DNA of 64,000 nt from an uncultured Candidatus Rokubacteria bacterium. GTDB lineage: Bacteria; Methylomirabilota; Methylomirabilia; Rokubacteriales; CSP1-6. The notes below the pieces were generated by a model. It was not told the DNA's origin. It made no database searches and saw only the letters and a program-made list of their open reading frames with translations. Position numbers and translations under genes: made by a program. The first letter of the stretch is position 1. The number at the start of each line of letters is the position of its first letter. Shown piece by piece: positions 43,375 to 53,037 of the stretch. The stretch lies in contig CAVVEU010000008.1 of the NCBI GenBank assembly GCA_963747235.1, positions 192,001 to 256,000 on the forward strand, given 5' to 3'.

Positions 43375-44388
43375 ATGAGAGCGTCCCTCTACGAAGGCTC
43401 CCGGACTTTTCGCACGGTGCCCGCGGCGCGCCCCACCCGCGCCCCGGACCAGGCGCTGCTCCGCGTGCTGCGCGCGGGCATCTGCGGCACCGACCTGCAC
43501 ATCTTCCAGGGGCATCTCGACCACCGCATCCCGAAGGGCGGGATCATCGGGCACGAGACCTTCGCGGAGGTGGTGGAGGCGCCGGCGGGCAGCGGATTCG
43601 GTCCGGGTGATCGGGTCGTCGTCGAGCCGATTCACGCCTGCGGCGAGTGCCGCGCCTGCCGGATGGGCGGCTACTACCTCTGCTATCGCCTGAAGATCTA
43701 CGGCGTGGAGCTGCCGGGCGGCATGCAGGACTACTGGACGGTGGAGGCCAAGCGCATGCTCCACGTGCCCGCCTCGCTCGGCGACGACGAGGCCGCGATG
43801 ATCGAGCCGCTCGCGGTGGCCACGCACGACGTGCGGCGCGCGGCGGTCAAGTCGGGCGACTCGGTGCTGGTGCTGGGCGGCGGGCCCATCGGGGCCCTCA
43901 TCGCGATGGTGTCACGCCATCGCGGCGCGCGCGTCATCGTGAGCGAGGTCAACCCGTACCGGATCGAGCTGCTGCGCGGCCTCGGGCTCGAGGTGATCGG
44001 GATGGACGCCGACCCGGTGCGCTTCGTGAACGAGTGGACCGAGGGGCAGGGGGTGGACGTGGCCTTCGAGGTCACCGGCCATCCGGCCGCGGCGCGCGTG
44101 ATGACGGAGACGGTGCGCGTCTGGGGCACGGTGAGCATCGTGGCGATCCACTCGGAACCCACGCCGGTGAATCTCTACCCGATGTTCGCGCGCGAGGTCA
44201 CCATGCACGGCAGCCGTCTCTACAACCGCGAGGACTGGGAGGAAGCCATCCGCCTGGCCGCCTCCGGCGCGGTGACGCTCTCGCCGCTGGTGAGCCGCAA
44301 GATCCCGCTCGAGGGCCTCCAGGAGGGCATGGAGGAAGCGCTCCGCGGCGGCCCGGTGATGAAGGTGCTGGTGGACCTGACCGCCTGA
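43375..44388 (+). CDS. Zn-dependent MDR alcohol/sugar-acid dehydrogenase
   Basis: GICGTD, GHE, CGECRAC..C, EPLAVA, GGGPIG. Confidence 0.9.
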   Translation: MRASLYEGSRTFRTVPAARPTRAPDQALLRVLRAGICGTDLHIFQGHLDHRIPKGGIIGHETFAEVVEAPAGSGFGPGDRVVVEPIHACGECRACRMGGYYLCYRLKIYGVELPGGMQDYWTVEAKRMLHVPASLGDDEAAMIEPLAVATHDVRRAAVKSGDSVLVLGGGPIGALIAMVSRHRGARVIVSEVNPYRIELLRGLGLEVIGMDADPVRFVNEWTEGQGVDVAFEVTGHPAAARVMTETVRVWGTVSIVAIHSEPTPVNLYPMFAREVTMHGSRLYNREDWEEAIRLAASGAVTLSPLVSRKIPLEGLQEGMEEALRGGPVMKVLVDLTA

Positions 44389-44394
44389 CTGCAG

Positions 44395-44482
44395 CCCCTC
44401 ACCCTACCCTCTCCCCAGAGGGGAGAGGGTGGACGAGCAGAAGAGCCCTCTCCCCCTTGGGGGAGAGGGCAGGGTGAGGGGG
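44395..44482. repeat. REP-like element, inverted doublet
   Basis: CCCCTCACCCTACCCTCTCCCCAGAGGGGAGAGGG...CCCTCTCCCCCTTGGGGGAGAGGGCAGGGTGAGGGG. Confidence 0.88.
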
Positions 44483-44498
44483 TGCTCCGCGCCGTCCG

Positions 44499-44675
44499 CT
44501 ACTTGTCCTTGATGGCGGCCTGCACCTTGGCCACCATGTCGGGCGGAATGGCCGCGAGCCCGTGATCCTTCTTGGCGTGCTCGGCGCCCTTGGCCATCAC
44601 CTCGGCCACGTCCTTGCCCTCGATCACCGTGTTGCAGCCGGCCATCAGGTCACCGCACCGAAGAACCTTCGCCAT
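44499..44675 (-). CDS. DUF1059 small metal-binding protein
   Basis: C.D...GC......EV.....EHAK..H; SD AGGAGG. Confidence 0.8.
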   Translation of the reverse strand: MAKVLRCGDLMAGCNTVIEGKDVAEVMAKGAEHAKKDHGLAAIPPDMVAKVQAAIKDK

Positions 44676-44710
44676 GACAGTCCTCCTTCTCGATCCGCTG
44701 AGGGGTTGCG

Positions 44711-45674
44711 CTACCGCCCGGGCGAGACGATCAGGTTGCTCGGCTTGCCCTGGAGGTAGCTCTCGATGTTGGCCACCGCGGCGAGGAGCCCGTCGCGGAT
44801 GACCTCGGGCGTCTGGCCCGCATTGTGGGGCGAGACGACCACGTTGGGGAGTCTCAGGATCGGGTCGTCGGCGGCCAGCGGCTCCTGGTGGAAGACGTCG
44901 AGGCCCGGCGCCCAGCAGGCGGCGCTCCTGCAGCGCGGCCAGCAGCGCCTCCCGGTCCACCAGCGCGCCCCGGCCCGTGTTCACCAGGATCGCGGTGGGT
45001 TTCATCATCGCGAGCTCCTTGCGCCCGATGAAGTTGCGCGTCTCCGGGGTGAGCCGCACGTGCAGGCTCACCACGTCCGCGGTCGTGAGGATCTCTTCCT
45101 TGGAGGCCGGCTTGGCGCCGGTCTTGCGGATGCGCGCCTCGTCGCCGAGCGCGCTCCAGCCCAGCACGTTCATGCCGATGCCGCGCGCGATGGTGGCCAG
45201 CCGCCCGCCGATGGCGCCCATGCCGAAGACGCCCAGGGTCTTGCCCACGAGCTGGGTCAGCATCTCGCGCGGCCAGCGGCCCTGGCGCATCTCCGCGTCG
45301 ATGGTCAGGATCCGGCGCCCCACCACCAGCATGAGGGTGAGCGCGTGCTCGGCGACCGCGAACGCGTTGATGCCCGGGGTGTTGCAGATGGTGATCCCGC
45401 GCATGCCCGCCGCGTTGAGGTCGATGTTGTCGGTGCCGGTGCCCCACACCGAGACGATCTTGAGCCGGGGGCAGGCCACGAACACGGCCTCGCTGAAGCG
45501 GGCGTGGGCCCGGATGTTGAGCGCGGCCTGGGCGTCGCCGATGCGGCGGATCAATTCCACTTCCTGATCGGCGCCGCGCTCGGTGAAGACGCGCACCGCG
45601 CCCAGGCGCTTCGCCCGCTGGTGCGCCTCGCTGCCGTCGAAGACGGAGGGGAAGTCGTCCGGGGCGACGATCAT
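44711..45674 (-). CDS. D-isomer 2-hydroxyacid dehydrogenase (SerA-like), frameshift near 44905
   Basis: GTGTDNID, AVAEH, GMGAIG, NTGRG, LDVF..EP, SPHNAG. Confidence 0.85.
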
Positions 45675-46898
45675 GCGCCGGGCCCCGAGAACACGGCCTG
45701 GGCGGCGGACACGCCGGCGCCCGCCTCGCTCCGGTAGCCGAGGTCACGCAGCGTCATCTCGATCGCGGAGAGCGTCGGCAGCACGTACATCGGGCTCGAG
45801 GTGATGCCCATGTGCCCGACGCGCAGCGCGCTGGTGCGGATCTTGTCCAGGCCGGTGCCGATGAGGATGCCGTAGCGATCGCGCATGTGGGTGACCACCG
45901 CCGCCGGATCGATCCCGTCCGGCGTCTTGAAGCACGACACGGTGTTGGACATGAGCGACGCGTCCGGGAACATCTGCAGGCGCATGGCCTCGACGCCGGC
46001 GCGGAACGCGCGGCCCGCGGCCGCGTGACGGCGGAAGCGGTGGGCGAGGCCCTCCTCCAAGATGAGGCGGCGCGCCACCCCCAGGGCCTGGGTGAGGTGC
46101 GTCGGGATCGAGACCGGCTGCCGCCGCGGGCTGCCGTCGGGGATGTGGCCGCCGCGGGAGGTGGGGATCCAGTTCTCCTTCCAGCGGAGGAGATCGTAGG
46201 CCCACGAGCTGGCCTTGTGCTTGCGGCGCTCCATCGCCTCCCACGCGGCGGGGCTCACCGACACGATGGCCATCCCGAGCGGCGCGGCGAGGCACTTCTG
46301 CGAGCCGGTCATGTTGAAGTCCACGCCCCACTCGTCGGTGCGCACGTCGAGGCCGGCGAGGGAGGACACCGTGTCGAGCATGAAGAGCGCGCCGTGGCGC
46401 TTCACGATGCGGCCCACCTCGGCGGCGGGATAGGTGGTGCCGGTGGACGTCTCATTGTGGACCATCGAGACGACCTTGGGCTTCACGCGCTCGATGTCCT
46501 TCTCGAGGCGCGCGAGGTCGAGCGGGCGGCCCCACTCCACGGTGTGCTCGGTGACCTCGGCGCCCGCGCGCGTCATGATCTCGCGCATCAGGGAGCCGAA
46601 GACGCCCGCGACCACCACGAGGGCGCGGTCGCCCGGCTCGAGCACCGAGATCGCGGAGGCCTCGAGCGCGGTGCGGCCCGGAGCCGGGCATCGCGATGAC
46701 CTCGCCGCGGCTCGTCTGGAAGATGTCCCGCAGCGCGAGGGTCACCGGCTCCAGGATCTTGACGTCGAAGTTCATGTCGTACTGGATGGTGGCCGGCTGA
46801 TTCATCGCCTGGACGACGGGGAAGGGCAGCTCCGTCGGGCCCGGGATCATCAGGATCGGATGCGACTGGGTCACTCCCCACCGGATGGTGGAATCCAT
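45671..46898 (-). CDS. Class V aminotransferase (serine/alanine-glyoxylate type), frameshift near 46680
   Basis: MIPGPT, VHNETSTG, DTVSS, GSQKCL, RVGHMG. Confidence 0.87.
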
Positions 46899-46927
46899 GA
46901 ACAGCTCCTTTGCCGGCCGGGGCCGGG

Positions 46928-47215
46928 CTACGCGCTGGCCTGGGCCAGGCCGCTCTGCTTGCGACGGATCAGGTAGAGGTTGCGCAGGTACACGAACAGG
47001 CCGGCCCCCTGCCCGAGGATGAAGACGGGGTCCAGGCGGTAGATGGCGTAGATCAGCAGGGTGAGGCCGCCGCCGATGGAGAAGAACCAGAACGAGACCG
47101 GGATCACGCTCTCCTTCTTCCGCTCGGAGGCGATCCACTGGACGAGGAAGCGCCCCGAGAAGAACGCCTGCCCGAGGAATCCCACCGTCAACCAGAAGTG
47201 CTCCGAGGTCATCAT
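46928..47215 (-). CDS. LAB_N (lipid-A-disaccharide synthase N-terminal domain) membrane protein
   Basis: GFLGQAFFSGRFLVQWIASE...DPVFILGQ...YLRNL. Confidence 0.85.
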   Translation of the reverse strand: MMTSEHFWLTVGFLGQAFFSGRFLVQWIASERKKESVIPVSFWFFSIGGGLTLLIYAIYRLDPVFILGQGAGLFVYLRNLYLIRRKQSGLAQASA

Positions 47216-47297
47216 CGCGGCTCGAACCTCCATGCTAGAATTCAGCCACTCACGTTACCGGACATCCCCGGGGGGCCGCAAGGAGTTTCGCGCGACC

Positions 47298-47786
47298 GTG
47301 CGAAGCATCGATCAGACGCTGGTGGACGAAGTCTGGCGCGAGACCGCGTCGTATCCGCCCGGGCGGGTCGCCGAGGAAGCGAGCGACTTCCTCGCCCGGC
47401 AGCCGCACGTGGCCGCCTTCGCCCACTCGGTCACCCACGAGCAGGACGCCTCCGTGCAGCGCGCCGCGCTGGGGCTCTGCTTCCTCCTCTTCAAGATCCT
47501 GGAGCGCAGTCTCGGGCATCCGTTCCCGCTTCTCGCCGACTCGCGCATCCAGGACGCGCACCACGCGGTGACGGAGTGGCTCCTCACGCTGGACGGCGAC
47601 GGCGAGGAGTCGGACCGCGTGCTCGAGACGGTGAGCGCCCCCGGCCATCCGACGCTGCCCGCCTACATCATCGCGGTGTTCTACGGTGAGAGCGCCGAGG
47701 GCTGTGACGAGCGGGTCCGCGCCGGCTTCGCGCTGATGCTGCGCACGCTGACCGACGCGCTCGACGTGGGGCAGGTGGAGGCCTGA
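47298..47786 (+). CDS. Hypothetical protein
   Basis: SD AAGGAG before GTG; GC3-biased ORF. Confidence 0.6.
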   Translation: MRSIDQTLVDEVWRETASYPPGRVAEEASDFLARQPHVAAFAHSVTHEQDASVQRAALGLCFLLFKILERSLGHPFPLLADSRIQDAHHAVTEWLLTLDGDGEESDRVLETVSAPGHPTLPAYIIAVFYGESAEGCDERVRAGFALMLRTLTDALDVGQVEA

Positions 47787-47865
47787 TGCCGCGGGTCGCG
47801 GTCAACGGCATCGCGCTGCACTACGACGAGGCGGGCGCGGGCCGCTGCTCCGACGCCCGCCATTA
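47786..47865 (+). pseudogene. 5' remnant of an alpha/beta hydrolase
   Basis: MPRVAVNGIALHYDEAGAG then abrupt loss of homology; TGATG coupling with upstream gene. Confidence 0.55.
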
Positions 47866-48005
47866 GCGGGAGCTCCCTCCGGATGGGAACTCCTCGTCGC
47901 AAGCAGACGAGAAAGCGGGTCGTGATCAGAGGCCCACCCCCGCCCCCCGCGGCCTCCCCCTCCCCGTCGAGCGCGCGCGCGAACGACGCAGACCGCGGAA
48001 GGAGG

Positions 48006-48333
48006 CTAGACGGGTTCGGTTGGGCCGGACGTGATGGCGATGACGAGCGCGCCGGTGGGGCTGGTAACGGTGTGCACGCAGCCGGGCGGGCGACGCGCGT
48101 AGTTGCCGGCCGTGCACACGCCGGTGTCGTCCGCGACGCTGCCCTCGAGGACGTAGATCTGCTCGTCGCCGACGTGCCGATGCCGCGGGATCGTCGCGCC
48201 GGGCTCGTAGCGCATGAGGATGGCCTTGTGCGGCGCCGTCCTCCCAGAGCGTCTTCCAGAAGACGCCGGGGCGACGCTCGACCCAGGGCACGGTGCTCGT
48301 GGTCACGAAGAGGCTGACGGGCGGGGTGGTCAC
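48006..48333 (-). CDS. ChrR-like cupin (frameshift near 48235)
   Basis: KTLWED...RYEPGATIPRHRH..DEQIYVLEG...PPGCVH. Confidence 0.78.
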
Positions 48334-48358
48334 GGAGGCGGTCTCCTTCCGCGCGAGC

Positions 48359-48967
48359 TCAGCGGCCGGCGTCGCGCAGGGCTTGCTTGATGGCGTCGCG
48401 GAACTCCTCGAGGGGCAGGGCGCCCTCGATCTTGCGCTGGTTGATGAAGAACGTGGGGGTGGCGCGCACGCCGGCCTCGCGCCCCTCGCGCTGCTCGGCC
48501 AGGACCGCGTCCCGGTACCGTCCGGTGTCGAGACACTCGGTGAACGCGGGCGCGTCGAGCCCGAGCCGCCGCGCGTAGCCGATCAGGTGGTCGCGGGCGA
48601 GGTCGGGCTGGGCCACGAAGAGCAGGTCGTGGTACTCCCAGTAGCGGCCCTGGGCGCCCGCGCAGCGGGCCGCGAGCGCGGCGGGCAGCGCGTTGGGATG
48701 GGAGCGCAGGGGGAAGTCCTTGAACACGAAGCGCACGGTGTCGGGGAACTCCGCCTGCAGCCGCTGGAGGACGTCCTGCGCGCGCTGGCAGAACGGGCAC
48801 TCGTAGTCGCTCCACTCGAAGACGGTGACGGGGGCCGCGGCCGGGCCCTTGGTCATCGCGGGATCCGCGGTGAACCGCGGCGCGTCCTGCGCGCCCGCCG
48901 ACGCGGCCCACGCGGTCAGGAGCAGGCCGGCCGCGACGCGGAGGGTGTAGACTCGGACGCGAGCCAT
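48359..48967 (-). CDS. DsbA/BdbD-like thioredoxin, exported
   Basis: Signal peptide; SDYECPFC; KDFPL; GVRATPTFFIN. Confidence 0.88.
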   Translation of the reverse strand: MARVRVYTLRVAAGLLLTAWAASAGAQDAPRFTADPAMTKGPAAAPVTVFEWSDYECPFCQRAQDVLQRLQAEFPDTVRFVFKDFPLRSHPNALPAALAARCAGAQGRYWEYHDLLFVAQPDLARDHLIGYARRLGLDAPAFTECLDTGRYRDAVLAEQREGREAGVRATPTFFINQRKIEGALPLEEFRDAIKQALRDAGR

Positions 48968-49394
48968 GGGATTCATCCTTCGGATCGTCGTGTACACGCT
49001 GGCCCTCTTGGTGGCGGCGTACGTGGGGCCGGGCATCCGGCTCGACGGGCTCGCCTCCGCGCTGGTGGCGGGGTTGCTGCTGGGGCTCGTCAACGCGATC
49101 GTGCGTCCGATCCTGGTCGTGCTGACGTTCCCGATCACGCTGCTGACCCTCGGACTCTTCCTGCTCGTCCTCAACGCCTTCTGCCTGTGGCTCGTCTCCG
49201 TCTTCGTCTCCGGCTTCCACGTGGCCGGCTTCTGGCCCGCGTTCTGGGGCGCGCTGATCGTGAGCGTCGTGAGCTGGATCCTCACCGCGCTGATCAGCGA
49301 CCGGGGGCGAGTCGAGCGTCATCGAGCGACGGCGCTGAGCCACGGCGTCCGAGCTCAGGCCGCGCGGTCGGACTCGACCGACGTGATGATGTAG
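48966..49394 (+). CDS. YvlD/Phage_holin_4_2 family membrane protein
   Basis: LGLVNAIVRPIL..LTFPITLLTLGLFLLVLNA; FWPAFWGALIVS. Confidence 0.85.
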   Translation: MGFILRIVVYTLALLVAAYVGPGIRLDGLASALVAGLLLGLVNAIVRPILVVLTFPITLLTLGLFLLVLNAFCLWLVSVFVSGFHVAGFWPAFWGALIVSVVSWILTALISDRGRVERHRATALSHGVRAQAARSDSTDVMM

Positions 49395-50116
49395 GTCCCG
49401 CTCTTGGCGTCCCGCTCGAGGGTCACGATCTTCTGCTTGGCCGCCTCCTCCAGGAGCTTCGAGAAGGTCGAGTAGCCGTAGTAGGACTCGTTGAACGCGG
49501 GGTTCTTCCGGATCATGGTCTGCTTGACCATGGAGCCCCACAGCGTGTCCTTGTTCTCGCGCTGCAGCGCCTGGATGGCCTCGATGAGCTGGGCGAACGC
49601 TTCCGCCTTCTTCTCGGGCAGCCCGCGCAGCGCGGTCGTCTTCTTGGACTCGCGGATCAGGTCCTCGTAGAAGATGAACTCGTCGCAGTTGCCCACCAGG
49701 AGCTCGGACGACGACGACTTGACCCCGAGGCCGATCACGTAGCGGTCGTTCTCCCGCAGCTTCGACACCAGCGGGGAGAAGTCGGAGTCGCCCGAGACGA
49801 GCGCGAAGCTGTCCACGTGCTGCTTGGCGTAGGCGAGGTCCATCGCGTCCACGACCATGCGGATGTCCGCCGAGTTCTTGCCGCTGTAGCGGCTCTGGGG
49901 GACGTCGATCAGCTCGATGGCGTGCTCGTGAAAGGGCCGCTTGTACTCCGCGTAGCGGTTCCAGTCCGCATAGGCCCGCTTGACCATGATCTTGCCCTTC
50001 TCGACCAGCCGCTCCAGCACCAGCTTGATCTCGAACTGCTTGTACTGCGCTTCCTTGACGCCGCGGACGATGTTCTCGAAATCCATGAACATCGCCAGCT
50101 TCCGGTCGTCACTCAT
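49355..50116 (-). CDS. NYN (LabA/DUF88) domain protein with C-terminal OST-HTH/LOTUS
   Basis: FMDFEN, KNSADIRMVVDAM, SGDSDF, FNESYYGYSTFSKLL. Confidence 0.9.
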   Translation of the reverse strand: MSDDRKLAMFMDFENIVRGVKEAQYKQFEIKLVLERLVEKGKIMVKRAYADWNRYAEYKRPFHEHAIELIDVPQSRYSGKNSADIRMVVDAMDLAYAKQHVDSFALVSGDSDFSPLVSKLRENDRYVIGLGVKSSSSELLVGNCDEFIFYEDLIRESKKTTALRGLPEKKAEAFAQLIEAIQALQRENKDTLWGSMVKQTMIRKNPAFNESYYGYSTFSKLLEEAAKQKIVTLERDAKSGTYIITSVESDRAA

Positions 50117-50266
50117 GCCTTCCATCCCTCCCGCTGCCCAGGGGCGTTCCGGCGCCGGTGCTCCAGGGCGGGCCCGTGCCCACCCCCTCGCCGATCTTCA
50201 TTATAGGGCCACATTTGACAGCGGCGTGACATCGGCCCGGCCCCGGCCGGGTAGACTGGCGGAGCC

Positions 50267-50791
50267 ATGAGACGGATCCGAGCGCTTGCACTGATGGTGG
50301 GCATGCTGCTGGCGGGGACGGGAGCCGGCGAGGCCGCCGGCGTCCTGGTGAAGGTGGGCCAGACCGCGCCGGAGGTCACCGGCGGTCCCTGGATCAACAG
50401 CGAGCCGCTCTCGCTCGCCGGGCTTCGCGGGCGGGTGGTGCTGGTGGAGTTCTGGACCTACGGCTGATACAACTGCAAGAACGTGATCCCGCAGTTGCGG
50501 GACTGGCACGCGAAGTACGAGAAGCAGGGGCTCACCATCGTCGGCGTGCACTCGCCCGAGTTCTTCTGGGAGAAGCCGATCGAGAAGGTGACCGCGGCCA
50601 CGAAGGAGCTGGGCGTGAAGTACCCGGTCGTGCAGGACAATGACTTCGCGATCTGGCGCCGCTACCGCAACTGGGCGTGGCCGGCCGCGGTCATCGTGGA
50701 CAAGAAGGGCGTCGTCCGCTTCACCCACATCGGCGAAGGGGCCTATACCGAGATGGAGCAGGTGATCCGGCGCCTCCTGCTCGAGCCGTAG
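50267..50791 (+). CDS. Exported TlpA/DipZ-type redoxin, putative selenoprotein (Sec at TGA 50465-50467)
   Basis: EFWTYG-TGA-YNC gives UxxC; frame continues VIPQL...GVHSPEF...WAWPA...HIGEGAY. Confidence 0.82.
50487..50502 (+). promoter_or_regulatory. Candidate bacterial SECIS hairpin
   Basis: TCCCGC-AGTT-GCGGGA starting 19 nt after the TGA, G at loop position 2. Confidence 0.5.
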
Positions 50792-52320
50792 GTGGGCGCG
50801 CGTCGCGCCCCGCTCCTGATCTTCGGCGCGGTGTTCGCCGCCGCCTTCGTGCTGGCCGCGCTCGGCTACTTCTCGCTCCGCCGCTGGGAAGCCGCGGCGG
50901 AGCGGCAGCTCCACGGGCAGGCGCGCGACACCGCGGCGATGGCGGCCGAGAAGGTGGAGATGGCGGTGGTGCGGGCCGAGCAGGACGCGGTCACGGCCCT
51001 GCAGGCCGCCGCGCTCGCCCCGGACTTCGGGCCGGACGCGGTGCAGGCCTGGAAGGCCCGCCATCCGCTCTTCGACGCGGTCTACGTGCTCGACCGCCAG
51101 GGGCGCGTGCTCTACCCGGTGAGCTGGACGCGCGACGAGGCGGAGCTGGTCGACCGCGCTGCGCGCGGAGATCTCGCAGGGCTTCTGGGACCGCGGCGGC
51201 CGGCGCCACGTCGAGGCGGGCGGCCACGTGATCCTGGCCGCGGTCATCCCCGGCTCCGCGCGCGGCCCCCTGCTGATCGGGCTCCGGCGCGACGACCAGG
51301 CGCTCCACCGCGACATCTTGACGACGACGCTCGGCGGGACGGAGGGCCAGGGAGCGCTCGCCATCCTCGACGGCAGCGGCCGGCCCGTCTTCAGCTCGCG
51401 GCCGGTCGAGCGGGGCGAGCCGGTCCTCACCGTGCCCTTCGGGGAGGCGCTGCCCGCCTGGCGGGTGGCGCTCTACCCGCCGGCCGGCCTCTCCCCGCGC
51501 GACATGGTCCGCCGCCAGGCGATGATCTTCATGGCCGCGCTGGCGCTGCTCCTGGTGGTGATCGCGGGCGGCCTCGTCGCGACGTACCGCCTGGTGCGCC
51601 GCGAATCGGAGATCGCGCGGCTCAAGTCGGACTTCGTGGCCAATGTCTCCCACGATCTCAAGACGCCGCTGGCCCTGATCCGCATGTTCGCGGAGACGCT
51701 CGAGATGGACCGGGTGCCCGACGAGCGCCGCCGCCGCGAGTACTACGGCGTGCTCACGCGGGAGAGCGAGCGGCTGAGCCGGCTGATCGACAACGTGCTC
51801 GACTTCTCGCGGATCGAGAGCGGACGCCAGCGCTACGAGATCACCGCGGGCGCCGTGGAGCCGATCGTCCACGAGGTGGTCGAGAGCTTCCGCCATCCGC
51901 TCGCACCAGCAGGGCTTCACGGTGGACGTGGCGATCGAGCCCGATCTGCCCGACGTCCCGCTGGACGGTGACGCGATGAAGCAGGCGCTGGCCAACCTGG
52001 TGGACAATGCGATGAAATACTCGGGCGACCGGCGGCGCCTCCGGGTGGCGGCCCGTCGCGAAGGAGGCGGGGTCGCGGTGGAGGTGGCGGACGAGGGCAT
52101 CGGCATCCCGATTGCCGAGCGGGAGCGAATCTTCGAGAAGTTCTATCGCGTCGGACGGAGCGAGACGCAGGGCCGGCGGGGCAGCGGGGTCGGCCTGGCC
52201 CTGGTCAAGCACATCGTGGAGGCCCACGGCGGCCGCGTCACGGTGGACGGGCGGCCGGGCGAGGGCAGCCGCTTCACCCTCCACCTCCCCCCTCTCCCCT
52301 CAGGGGAGAGGGCGGGGTGA
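50792..52320 (+). CDS. Membrane sensor histidine kinase (frameshifts near 51155 and 51905)
   Basis: Two TM; VSHDLKTPL H-box; NLVDNAMKY, DEGIGI, GSGVGL. Confidence 0.85.
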
Positions 52321-52324
52321 GGGG
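52287..52324. repeat. REP-like unit forming the 3' end of the kinase gene
   Basis: CCCTCTCCCCTCAGGGGAGAGGGCGGGGTGAGGGG; supplies the TGA. Confidence 0.8.
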
Positions 52325-52344
52325 TTCCACGGTGAGGGTTCGGT

Positions 52345-53037
52345 ATGCCGCGCATCCTGATCGTGGACGACGAGCCCGAGATGCTGCGCGGGCTGGAGGA
52401 CAATCTCCAGTTCGAGGGCTACCAGACCGTCACCGCCGGCGACGGCAAGAAGGGCCTGGCCCTGGCGCTGTCGGAGGCGCCCGACCTGATCCTGCTCGAC
52501 GTCATGATGCCGGGCATGAGCGGCTGGGATCTCTGCCGCGAGCTGCGGCAGCGGGGCCTCGACGTGCCGGTGATCATGCTGACCGCGCGAGGCGAGGAGG
52601 TGGACCGCGTGCTGGGCCTCGAGCTGGGCGCGGACGACTACGTCACCAAGCCCTTCAGCCTGCGCGAGCTGATGGCGCGCATCCGCGCGGTGCTCCGCCG
52701 GCCGGGCCCGCGCCAGAAGTTCGAGGAGTTCGCGTTCGGCTCCGTGCGCGTGCACCTGCGGGCGCGGCAGGCCTTCAAGGCGGGTCAGGAGATCCGCCTC
52801 ACCCGCAAGGAGTTCGACCTGCTCCGCTACCTGGTGGAGCACCCGGGCGAGGTGATCACGCGCGACCGGCTGCTGGACGAGGTGTGGGGCTACGAGCGGT
52901 TCCCGACCACGCGGACGGTGGACACGCATATCCTGAGGCTGCGGCAGAAATTCGAGGACGACCCGGAGCGGCCGGCGCACATCCTGACCGCGCACGGCCA
53001 GGGCTACCGGTTCGTCGCCGAGAGGAGCGCGACATGA
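52345..53037 (+). CDS. OmpR-family response regulator
   Basis: IVDDE, DVMMP, GADDYVTKPF, RTVDTHI, GYRF. Confidence 0.93.
   Translation: MPRILIVDDEPEMLRGLEDNLQFEGYQTVTAGDGKKGLALALSEAPDLILLDVMMPGMSGWDLCRELRQRGLDVPVIMLTARGEEVDRVLGLELGADDYVTKPFSLRELMARIRAVLRRPGPRQKFEEFAFGSVRVHLRARQAFKAGQEIRLTRKEFDLLRYLVEHPGEVITRDRLLDEVWGYERFPTTRTVDTHILRLRQKFEDDPERPAHILTAHGQGYRFVAERSAT

Noticed and set aside
44499-45674. Dehydrogenase-DUF1059 fusion (391-aa ORF)
   Set aside because: The true dehydrogenase C-terminus continues in another frame to 44711, and DUF1059 has its own SD and ATG
48966-50116. Holin plus NYN nuclease as prophage or defence system
   Set aside because: YvlD-type and LabA/DUF88-LOTUS proteins are widespread chromosomal genes; they are convergent and have no phage or defence neighbours
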